The notes under the pieces: model-generated
What the model was told of the DNA's origin: nothing
What the model saw: the letters and a program-made list of their open reading frames with translations, nothing else
The model's database searches: none
Source: a virus
Virus record (IMG/VR): IMGVR_UViG_3300031857_000053
Coordinates: 32,001 to 96,000 of that record
Reading direction: 5' to 3' (one strand)
Length of the DNA stretch: 64,000 nucleotides
In this document: one piece after another, positions 57,347-64,000 of the stretch
Position numbering within the stretch: the first letter of the stretch is position 1
Layout of the letters: every line of letters starts with the position of its first letter
Program-made: the position numbers and the translations under genes

Positions 57347-57674
57347 TGATACTATAAGATGTTATGGTATAAAAGAATTACAAAAGATTGCAGCTACAGT
57401 GGAGTATGCTAACAGTTGTGATACTTTGCTTTCTAATGCTAATCTTAAGATAGCTAATAGAGATAAACATATTCAAGAGAAAATCTTTCAAGTAAAGAAT
57501 CTGCAGGATCAGATAGCTTATAAGGATACACTTATTGTGAATAGAGAAAAAAAAATAGGAGAACTTGGTAGTGAGATAATCGAACTAAATGAGCATAAAA
57601 AAATGCTTAAGTTAGCTTGGGCATCTACTACGGCTCTCCTTTCGGGTATCTTAATTAGTTTTATTTTATTCTGA
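57264..57674 (+). CDS. Signal-peptide, coiled-coil, C-terminal TM protein (spanin-partner-like)
   Basis: Signal peptide MRKLNLFFLLLILQYSTQLFA, two Cys, coiled coil, C-terminal hydrophobic helix. Confidence 0.55.
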   Translation: MRKLNLFFLLLILQYSTQLFAQVGKPNSDTIRCYGIKELQKIAATVEYANSCDTLLSNANLKIANRDKHIQEKIFQVKNLQDQIAYKDTLIVNREKKIGELGSEIIELNEHKKMLKLAWASTTALLSGILISFILF

Positions 57675-57675
57675 T

Positions 57676-57897
57676 TTAAAGATTATTGATTTCTTCTTTA
57701 ACATCTTTCCAATAATAATACATATCCTTTTCTATATTCCAATTATCTGGATGTAGTATATCTATTATCTCATCCACAGCAATAAGTGCACACTTCTTAG
57801 CATTTGACTTTATTGTTTTAATACTATTATCTATTCCGCTTTCTGAATACTTAGTAAAACTGTTTACAAGTTCTCTTGCTTTATCTCTAGGTGCCAT
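57676..57897 (-). CDS. Small conserved phage protein
   Basis: P.DKA.ELV..F...AK.CALIAVDEI...YW..VK.EI pattern, which I recognise as common in Bacteroidota phages. Confidence 0.7.
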   Translation of the reverse strand: MAPRDKARELVNSFTKYSESGIDNSIKTIKSNAKKCALIAVDEIIDILHPDNWNIEKDMYYYWKDVKEEINNL

Positions 57898-58472
57898 AGC
57901 TTATTTTAGTTTAAGTTTACCATCTACTATTTCTACTTCCCACTTTGTTTTAAGTTGGAGGGATTGGATATATTTATCAAGCTCAACAACAGCTGAACTA
58001 CAAGACATATTTGTTATAGCTCCTTCTACAAGTATTTGTCTTATTTTATTTATATCCTTCTCCGTGTATTTCTTTTCCTTGTTATCTTCAAGAGCTTGGT
58101 TATAACCTTCTATCCAATTTGTAGTTTTACATACATTTGGATTAGCTAAATTAGCTGCTAATATTTCTAAATCCACCTCACCAATTAGTTCTTTTACTTC
58201 AAAAATATTCAATGGTCTAACTTTACTAAATCCCATTCCTGATAATCCATTTTCACTTAATAGTTCAAGTGGTTGTGTTGAGTGGGTGATTTTTTTATAC
58301 TCTCTATCGTATGGTCTATATTGCCAGTATACCTCATCAGATACAACAAATTTCCTTATCTGTTTGGCATCTTCAATATACCAGTCATCTACCTCTATCT
58401 TTGAATCATCCACTACTACATAGTGGTCTTCTTTTATCTTAATTAGTTTCTGCATAGCTTATTTTAGTTTAA
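57895..58472. repeat. 20-bp direct repeat CATAGCTTATTTTAGTTTAA flanking gene 57901..58455
   Basis: Exact copies at 57895-57914 and 58453-58472; on the - strand each reads TTAAACTAAAATAAGCTATG and ends in a start codon. Confidence 0.9.
57901..58455 (-). CDS. Hypothetical accessory phage protein
   Basis: 184-aa ORF with KKITHSTQPL and GYNQALEDNKEKKYTE motifs. Confidence 0.7.
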   Translation of the reverse strand: MQKLIKIKEDHYVVVDDSKIEVDDWYIEDAKQIRKFVVSDEVYWQYRPYDREYKKITHSTQPLELLSENGLSGMGFSKVRPLNIFEVKELIGEVDLEILAANLANPNVCKTTNWIEGYNQALEDNKEKKYTEKDINKIRQILVEGAITNMSCSSAVVELDKYIQSLQLKTKWEVEIVDGKLKLK

Positions 58473-58510
58473 AGTGTTTAAAGTACAATATAAAAATTCA
58501 TATGTTACTT

Positions 58511-58786
58511 TTATAGTCCTTCTTGATCATAAATTTCATCTTCAGATTCTTCCATCATTCCTATAACTACTTTATAAGCTTGATACATGCCTATAAAAAT
58601 AAGTAATATACCAATATACATCATTATATTTACTGCAGTATCTATATATGATGTGATTTCTTTATTTGGTGTGTCACCAATAATTTCAATAAATAAATAA
58701 GATAAGGTTTTTATTATCCAGGTAACGGATCCCCAAAATAAAAAGAACATACCTAATCTATTATAAGATTTAATAATTTTTACCAT
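58511..58786 (-). CDS. Small two-TM membrane protein
   Basis: Two hydrophobic stretches and an acidic C-terminus. Confidence 0.6.
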   Translation of the reverse strand: MVKIIKSYNRLGMFFLFWGSVTWIIKTLSYLFIEIIGDTPNKEITSYIDTAVNIMMYIGILLIFIGMYQAYKVVIGMMEESEDEIYDQEGL

Positions 58787-59493
58787 GTGATTTGTTGTTT
58801 ATTGTTGCTAATTAATATTTCATTTATTTTTCCGAAGATGTTTCCAGATTCCCAAACTTGTAGATTATTTTGACTAGCTGATGCTGGATGAGTACAAAAT
58901 AGTTTATAATTATTATCTGGTATAGAGCTTTCCCATTCGCGGGATTTTTTACCTAGAAAAACATATATCATATCTTTCTTCTTGTGTGAAAGGATATCAA
59001 ATAGATATGCGATAAAGGGGCTCCATAGATTTTGGTGTTGATCTATTTTATTAATAGTAGTAGTAAGAGAGAGATTAAGAAGTAATACTCCTTGGTTAGC
59101 CCAACATTTTAAATCAGTAATAATCTCTTTGTCCTCTTCCTGGTAGATGTTTTGATTAATATCTCGTAGCATATAACGTAATGAAGCTTGGAGTTTATGG
59201 TTATTACTACAGGAAAAAGCTAGACCATCAGCTACATCAGGGTAGGGATAAGGTTCGGGTGATAGTAAAACCACCTTGAGACTATTGTAAGGACACTCCT
59301 CGAAACATCTAAAGACTTGTTTAAGAACGGGAGTGAATCTTTTGTTGTCTTTGGCTTGTTCTAATAGAGTGTTTAAGATGTTTGTAAAATCACCACTTAG
59401 GATGAATCCTTTGAGTGGGTCACTCCATCCCGAGGGTACTAATCTTTGATAGAGTTTCTTTTGTACATCTTGTATGTTTACTCTTTCTAGCAT
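58780..59493 (-). CDS. ung: Uracil-DNA glycosylase family 1 with atypical catalytic loop
   Basis: LKVVLL-SPEPY, ADGLAFS, WANQGVLLLN, VFLGK and HPAS. Confidence 0.85.
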   Translation of the reverse strand: MLERVNIQDVQKKLYQRLVPSGWSDPLKGFILSGDFTNILNTLLEQAKDNKRFTPVLKQVFRCFEECPYNSLKVVLLSPEPYPYPDVADGLAFSCSNNHKLQASLRYMLRDINQNIYQEEDKEIITDLKCWANQGVLLLNLSLTTTINKIDQHQNLWSPFIAYLFDILSHKKKDMIYVFLGKKSREWESSIPDNNYKLFCTHPASASQNNLQVWESGNIFGKINEILISNNKQQITW

Positions 59494-59508
59494 ATGTAAA
59501 TTTAAACT

Positions 59509-59540
59509 TTTGTTATTTAAATAAAAAATTGTATTTTTGG
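59509..59540 (+). promoter_or_regulatory. Consensus Bacteroidota promoter (TTTG-N19-TAnnTTTG)
   Basis: TTTG at 59509-59512, 19-nt spacer, TATTTTTG at 59532-59539; ATG at 59544. Confidence 0.7.
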
Positions 59541-59543
59541 TAT

Positions 59544-59885
59544 ATGAAAATAAAGGTACCAGCGTTTGAGACCAAGTCTCTTGTAAAGTTAGAAATCCCA
59601 GGGGTTTTCTATCAAAGGATTCAGAGTTTAATGTTTTACTTTATTAGTCTACACTCGAAGGAAGAGTTTGAAGTTTCTTTCAATAAGCTTACTGCGGGTA
59701 ATAAACCTGAGAATGCTTTAGACTTACACCTTCAAACTCTTCTTACTCTTGTTTCTGAGACCGAGCAAGCTATGCAAAAGCAAAACTTAACTACTATGGA
59801 AGTGGTGGATATTGATGAGAGTTCTTTATCTGAACAATCTTTAGCTGATATCAAATCTAAGTTTGAGGTTGTTGATGGAAATTAA
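59544..59885 (+). CDS. Hypothetical protein (113 aa), isolated + strand gene
   Basis: Start reassigned to MKIKVPAF right after the promoter; the 59415 start would overlap ung on the opposite strand. Confidence 0.65.
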   Translation: MKIKVPAFETKSLVKLEIPGVFYQRIQSLMFYFISLHSKEEFEVSFNKLTAGNKPENALDLHLQTLLTLVSETEQAMQKQNLTTMEVVDIDESSLSEQSLADIKSKFEVVDGN

Positions 59886-60267
59886 TTCCAACAGTTTCTC
59901 CAATTTGATTAATAGCTTCTATTACTAAACCTAGTTCATCTTTTGAACAGTCTCCTAAAGATTTACATATCATAAACATTTCATCTCCTATCTGTTTTTT
60001 TATACAAAGACCAGCTTGTCTTTTTACTTCAAGTTTCATATCTTCGAAGGTATATCCTAATTCTTTTGCTAGTTCTCGAATACACACATGTATTTTAGCT
60101 AATTGAGGCACGGTGCCATTATCTTCATTAGCTTCCATGAATACTTCTACTTGTTGACTCTCGCTTATTCCATCTAGAAAAAGCTTATACTTTTCTGGAG
60201 AAATAGGAGTTAATGTTCCAAGTAAATTCTTTATAAATTTACCATGATAGATATTATGTTTACTCAT
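59857..60267 (-). CDS. NinB-like recombination accessory protein
   Basis: QLAKIH..IRELA.E.G.TFE.MK..VK and KS....SK.EL...IE pattern. Confidence 0.5.
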   Translation of the reverse strand: MSKHNIYHGKFIKNLLGTLTPISPEKYKLFLDGISESQQVEVFMEANEDNGTVPQLAKIHVCIRELAKELGYTFEDMKLEVKRQAGLCIKKQIGDEMFMICKSLGDCSKDELGLVIEAINQIGETVGINFHQQPQT

Positions 60268-60269
60268 AA

Positions 60270-60410
60270 CTATTTATTTTTACCTAGTAATCTTTGTTTC
60301 TTTTTATACTCAGCAATTGCTTTCTTTACTTCAAGTTTTTCTTCAGCAGTTTTTTTAAAAGTTTGCATACCCCCAACTTGAGGTCTATTTTCTATTGTAA
60401 TATTTTCCAT
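60270..60410 (-). CDS. Small basic hypothetical protein (46 aa; not in ORF track)
   Basis: MENITIENRPQVGGMQTFKK...RLLGKNK-TAG fills the gap between co-oriented genes and has an A-rich leader. Confidence 0.55.
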   Translation of the reverse strand: MENITIENRPQVGGMQTFKKTAEEKLEVKKAIAEYKKKQRLLGKNK

Positions 60411-60431
60411 TTTTTATTATAATTTTATTAG

Positions 60432-60683
60432 TTATATATCATCAGCATTATTAAGAAACCCAAGCATCTTGTTGCGCTCTTCAATTTCTTCTAATCTTCC
60501 ACCTTTAAGTTCAATAATAGATTCTGTTCCTAATTCTAAATCAGTCTCTACTTCTTCATAAAAGCGTATTACTTTCTCAAGCTTATTAGCAAATCCTTTG
60601 GTCACTGGTTGATCTCTAAGGATAGACTGGAGATACTTAAGCATCTCCTTGTCTTTACATATATCTTTAAGACTTACTTTCAT
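60432..60683 (-). CDS. Hypothetical protein
   Basis: 83-aa ORF tightly packed in the operon. Confidence 0.6.
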   Translation of the reverse strand: MKVSLKDICKDKEMLKYLQSILRDQPVTKGFANKLEKVIRFYEEVETDLELGTESIIELKGGRLEEIEERNKMLGFLNNADDI

Positions 60684-60685
60684 GA

Positions 60686-60967
60686 TTAATCTTTTTTCCA
60701 GATTATTGATATGTCTCTATCTGGGACCATAAAGAAGTAGTCTTTCTCTATTTGGATTACTTCAGCGCGTTCTAATGCTGTACCAATATATACGCGATCA
60801 CCTACTACAACATTGGTAACTTCATCACCAACATGTGTAACCTCAAGCGCAGTATAACTTTTCATTAGATCTGCATCAATAGAAGCTTTATCTGCTTCAC
60901 TTAATTCAATCTTTGATTCTTTTCTTGCTGGTTTCTTTACCAGTACTCTTTTACCTAGTAGTTTCAT
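60686..60967 (-). CDS. groES: GroES-like co-chaperonin
   Basis: MKLLGKRVLV, EV..VGDEV..V.VGD.V and DI..I motifs; start reassigned to 60967. Confidence 0.8.
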   Translation of the reverse strand: MKLLGKRVLVKKPARKESKIELSEADKASIDADLMKSYTALEVTHVGDEVTNVVVGDRVYIGTALERAEVIQIEKDYFFMVPDRDISIIWKKD

Positions 60968-60993
60968 ATTTATTTGTTTTGGGTTTATGTAAT

Positions 60994-61857
60994 TTAAAAT
61001 ATATATCTTATCGTGTTCCAAGGGATAATTTGATCATGTAACTCAGTCCATTCTTTTATATACTGAGCTTTGAGATTGTATTTATACCTTATGTTTTCAC
61101 CACCATACTGTGATACTTTATCCTCTTGGATCTCTGGGTTCCATAGTAGATGTTCTCCTGGTAGATTGTTAGCTACGTTATACTGATGTTTAGCTTCATT
61201 GTGTGTAAGGAAAATTACCTCAGCTTTGACCTTGTCTTTGTGGTCTTCTTTAACAAAGTAATTGATAATGTTAAACAAGTTTCTGTAGCTGTCTAACCAA
61301 CCATCTGTTACTATTACCGGAGAGAAGTTTATATGCACATCATACCCAGCATAAATGAATTTGTCTATAGCTTTTATTCTGTCTAAGATAAGACTTGTAT
61401 TAGGCTCTAGATAATCTGCATATACTTGTGGCATGAGACTAAATCTTATCCTGATTTTACCTTGTGGGTGTACATAGTACAACAAGTTCTCATTTACATA
61501 CTTGGTAGCAAAGGATCCCATCGCTCTAGGATGATTCTTAAAGAAGTCAAATATCTTTTGCCACTCGTGATACTTAGCATGTAAAGCAAAATCTTCATTG
61601 CAGGATATATCATAAGTGATATATTCTGGGTGAGTTTGATTAGGTTTTTCTACATCGGCAAAGGTACAATGATTATTTATCTCTGTAAGAATATCCATAG
61701 TGTTTGTGGCTATATCTAATCCCTCAGATTTATGTCTTTTCATATAACAGTAAGTACAGTTATATAAACAACCATGACCAAAGGAAGGGCTGATATAATC
61801 AGTTGACCTTCCCGATGATCTTATGGTCATAGACTTTCTAGTTACGTGTGTTACCAT
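60994..61857 (-). CDS. splB: Spore photoproduct lyase-like radical SAM enzyme
   Basis: GCLYNCTYCYM (CxxxCxxC), DISCNED, SFATK, RIRFSLMP and H.NFSPVI motifs. Confidence 0.8.
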   Translation of the reverse strand: MVTHVTRKSMTIRSSGRSTDYISPSFGHGCLYNCTYCYMKRHKSEGLDIATNTMDILTEINNHCTFADVEKPNQTHPEYITYDISCNEDFALHAKYHEWQKIFDFFKNHPRAMGSFATKYVNENLLYYVHPQGKIRIRFSLMPQVYADYLEPNTSLILDRIKAIDKFIYAGYDVHINFSPVIVTDGWLDSYRNLFNIINYFVKEDHKDKVKAEVIFLTHNEAKHQYNVANNLPGEHLLWNPEIQEDKVSQYGGENIRYKYNLKAQYIKEWTELHDQIIPWNTIRYIF

Positions 61858-62050
61858 CCTGTTTTATTTTATCAGCATAATCTTCTAAAGCTTGTCTATA
61901 ACCAGCTTCAAAAGCTTCTTTTATTTCTTCATATCTTTCATATTTAGAAATATGATCACCCTTTTCCATGTGATACTTATTGTCTGCATATTTATGAGCA
62001 TCAGCCCATGGATTGTTTGCTAACTCTTTGATTGTTAATTCTTTACTCAT
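61838..62050 (-). CDS. Small hypothetical protein
   Basis: 70-aa ORF with YA....AFEAGY motif. Confidence 0.6.
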   Translation of the reverse strand: MSKELTIKELANNPWADAHKYADNKYHMEKGDHISKYERYEEIKEAFEAGYRQALEDYADKIKQDGNTRN

Positions 62051-62084
62051 AGGTTTAATTTATTGAAGTGTACTTAGCGACAAG

Positions 62085-62454
62085 TTACCAGCAATGCTAC
62101 AACCATTGTCCAGTAAGTAAATCTGCATCTCCGTTCATAAAATCTTCGTCAGTTGGCTCTCTGCTTTCTCCGAATGTTTCTTTTTCGGCATCCCAACCGC
62201 ATTTACTACAACTTTGATAATCAAAATCAATATCATCGTAGTGTCTGCCACATTTAGGGCAATCCTTATGCGGTTGGTTTTCGTAGTATTCATCATCGTA
62301 GAAATCATCTTCCAAATCCGCACTGCTGGTAACAGCACCTTGTTGCAATGCGGGATTTTTCGGTTCATTTAAGTTTTCTGCTTCCATTGAAATTTTATTT
62401 TAAGTTGATAATTATAGGTTTCAAAATCCCGCACTGACAACAAGCTGCGGAACG
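62085..62454 (+). mobile_element. Integron-type gene cassette (core site G|TTACCA to attC end G|TTAGCA)
   Basis: Cassette start GTTACCAGCAATGC (62084-62097) is the reverse complement (13/14) of GCACTGCTGGTAAC (62320-62333), which opens a 134-bp imperfect palindrome. Confidence 0.75.
62097..62387 (-). CDS. Cassette-borne acidic zinc-ribbon protein
   Basis: CPKC...CSKC; start codon in the attC loop; the N-terminal peptide NPALQQGAVTSSA is encoded by the attC left arm. Confidence 0.7.
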   Translation of the reverse strand: MEAENLNEPKNPALQQGAVTSSADLEDDFYDDEYYENQPHKDCPKCGRHYDDIDFDYQSCSKCGWDAEKETFGESREPTDEDFMNGDADLLTGQWL

Positions 62455-62460
62455 TTAGCA
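62327..62460 (+). other. attC-like recombination site
   Basis: Left arm TAAC-A-GCA-C-CTTGTTG-CA-A-TGCGGGATTTT; right arm AAAATCCCGCA-C-TG-A-CAACAAG-C-TGC-GGAAC-GTTA; extra unpaired bases on one arm; AT-rich loop. Confidence 0.75.
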
Positions 62461-62466
62461 CCAATT

Positions 62467-62667
62467 TTAAGAAGTGCTATTACTAACAATTTCATCATTC
62501 AAAAACTTTTCTACGCTTTCTCTTCTTGGTGTTTTCAAAATTATAATTTGACTCCCATCGGTGTCGTGCAAATGAAATAACACTTGTGCTTCAAATTTCA
62601 TACCCACATCACCATTTTTAGGTGAAATAGTTACTACTTTTAATTCTGTATCTTTAAATTTATTCAT
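62467..62667 (-). CDS. Small hypothetical protein, possibly the remnant of a second cassette
   Basis: 66-aa ORF whose stop lies 13 nt from the G of GTTAGCA, the same offset as the first cassette gene. Confidence 0.55.
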   Translation of the reverse strand: MNKFKDTELKVVTISPKNGDVGMKFEAQVLFHLHDTDGSQIIILKTPRRESVEKFLNDEIVSNSTS

Positions 62668-62977
62668 AGTTTAAGTTAATATGTTTAAGTTTCCAGATGT
62701 ATTTAGGATCTTCAGCATAGCCAATTTTAGTTAAGAAAGTATAGTAATTTCCTCTTTTATATCGCGAATATATTTGTTTTGCATATTCTTCACAAGCTTG
62801 TTCTACAGATTCAAATTCTTGTATTTTTCCTTTGTAACTTAATCCAAAAGGATTACACTTGTTTATAAAAGCATCAGATTTTAACCATCCAGTTTCTAAT
62901 ACAGCTTGCTTAGTAACAATTTCTGCGTGTTCACACGGCATATACTGGCACATAAGTGTAAAAATAAATTTTAGCAT
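62660..62977 (-). CDS. Minimal GH73/glucosaminidase-like peptidoglycan hydrolase
   Basis: QAVLETGW (catalytic Glu), NPFGL and GYAEDPKY motifs. Confidence 0.75.
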   Translation of the reverse strand: MLKFIFTLMCQYMPCEHAEIVTKQAVLETGWLKSDAFINKCNPFGLSYKGKIQEFESVEQACEEYAKQIYSRYKRGNYYTFLTKIGYAEDPKYIWKLKHINLNYE

Positions 62978-62988
62978 AAGCTATTAGT

Positions 62989-63309
62989 TTATTTATTTCT
63001 TCTTTCTTCATTAATTAGATATAAAGCATAACCTACTGAATCAGTTTCAGCCACCTTTTGGATTGCTTGTTTCTCACTTAATCCTGCTTCTGTAAATCTA
63101 ATTGCGCGATCATAAAATTCTTCTAGATGAACACGTGCTTCATGAGTAGAGTCTGCTAATCTATTAAGTGAGTCAGAGCTTTTTCTTAATCTTTGGATTT
63201 TTTCTCTAGATTCTTTTTCCTCTTTTGTTTCGGTTGGTTGTTCTTCTTTAGGAGAACAAGAGAAAATTAATAAAGCTAATGCTGCAATAGTTAAAGTTGT
63301 TTTTTTCAT
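62989..63309 (-). CDS. Predicted lipoprotein
   Basis: MKK, hydrophobic stretch and lipobox-like IFSC. Confidence 0.7.
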   Translation of the reverse strand: MKKTTLTIAALALLIFSCSPKEEQPTETKEEKESREKIQRLRKSSDSLNRLADSTHEARVHLEEFYDRAIRFTEAGLSEKQAIQKVAETDSVGYALYLINEERRNK

Positions 63310-63402
63310 GTTGTTTTTTATTTATTTATTTATTTTAGTAAAGCAAGAATTGATATGATTAAGCTCATACAAGCTATAAGTAATGCAATAGTGCTACGAT
63401 TA

Positions 63403-63873
63403 CTATATCTTTTTTTCATATTTAATTTTATTTAATTTTCTAATATAGATTAGTTGTTCATCAATTGATTTGAATGTATTATTTGATTCTATCTTTTGAA
63501 TTAATCTTTCTTTATAAGATCTAGATTCAGTGTGTTGATAGAACCTTTCTCTTTCAATATCTTTTAATGAATAATCTAATTTTTTTATTACACCATCATT
63601 ACAAAACTTTTCTAAATCATCTTCTGTTAATTCAGTATAATATCCTGTAAACTTAGATTTAAGTTTTGCTTTTGGTTGATTATATTTATCAGTAGCCGGC
63701 ATTACTTTTATCCTTTCGGTATAATCTGAAAATACAATATAGATAACATCTCTTACTACTTCAGATGGTAATTGAAGCAACCTTGCTGTATGTAATATTG
63801 TTCTATTTTCTTTGATACAATAGCGATAAATTTTTTTACGCAATGTCAAAGACATACGAGTACATGGTGTCAT
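63403..63873 (-). CDS. Hypothetical protein (possible N-terminal HTH)
   Basis: 156-aa ORF; TILHTARLLQLPSEVVRDVI. Confidence 0.55.
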   Translation of the reverse strand: MTPCTRMSLTLRKKIYRYCIKENRTILHTARLLQLPSEVVRDVIYIVFSDYTERIKVMPATDKYNQPKAKLKSKFTGYYTELTEDDLEKFCNDGVIKKLDYSLKDIERERFYQHTESRSYKERLIQKIESNNTFKSIDEQLIYIRKLNKIKYEKKI

Positions 63874-63890
63874 GATATTTTAATTATTAT

Positions 63891-63998
63891 TTATACTGCT
63901 TCTGGGAATTCTACTGCTTCTTTTTCAGCTTCTCTCATTATTTTTTCTAATTTCTCTTCTACCCAAGCATCTTCTACAAATTGATCTACAATAATACC
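63891..63998 (-). CDS. 3' end of a gene truncated by the window edge
   Basis: Open frame GIIVDQFVEDAWVEEKLEKIMREAEKEAVEFPEAV-TAA. Confidence 0.5.
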   Translation of the reverse strand, partial: GIIVDQFVEDAWVEEKLEKIMREAEKEAVEFPEAV

Positions 63999-64000
63999 AA

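Noticed and set aside
59415-59543. 5' extension of the + strand ORF
   Set aside because: It overlaps ung antisense and spans the promoter; the ATG at 59544 is more plausible.
62135-62368. Alternate-frame 77-aa ORF in the attC cassette
   Set aside because: The 62097..62387 frame has the zinc ribbon, an A-rich leader and a stop next to the core site.
62474-62490. ATTACTAAC as the left end of a second attC
   Set aside because: No matching right arm or palindrome was found downstream; only a 5-nt complement to GTTAG.
1-64000. Stop-codon reassignment, known in some crAss-like phages
   Set aside because: ORFs up to 12.4 kb are intact in the standard code; TAG and TGA both terminate genes; no suppressor tRNA was seen.
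1-64000. Integrase, reverse transcriptase/DGR, tRNA or rRNA genes
   Set aside because: No recognisable motifs; intergenic gaps are short and showed no cloverleaf by eye (tRNAscan not run).

Overview
AT-rich segment of a crAss-like (Crassvirales-type) podophage of Bacteroidota, read in the standard genetic code. The + strand block (1-41189) encodes a partial tail ring protein, the tail stabilization/muzzle protein, three cargo proteins and three giant ejected proteins, including a 4124-aa virion RNA polymerase with the DFDID motif. A bidirectional terminator follows, then a convergent - strand block: DUF932-like protein, PolB, PD-(D/E)XK exonuclease, MoxR-like AAA plus vWA peptidase locus, RuvC-like resolvase, primase, SSB, Sak4-like ATPase, DnaB-like helicase, UDG, GroES, a spore-photoproduct-lyase-like radical SAM enzyme, a GH73 domain and small accessory genes. 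Strongest unusual signals: (1) three in-frame modules (macro-like, possibly SLOG-like, NADAR-like) inside the RNAP gene, delimited by four identical 18-bp repeats; (2) an apparently complete integron-type attC gene cassette whose gene runs antisense and starts inside the attC loop; (3) by my reading, the three giant proteins carry only four cysteines, all at facing termini, suggesting a disulfide-linked chain; (4) further in-frame inserts and a gene flanked by 20-bp direct repeats. Family assignments come from motif recognition by eye; no database searches were run.
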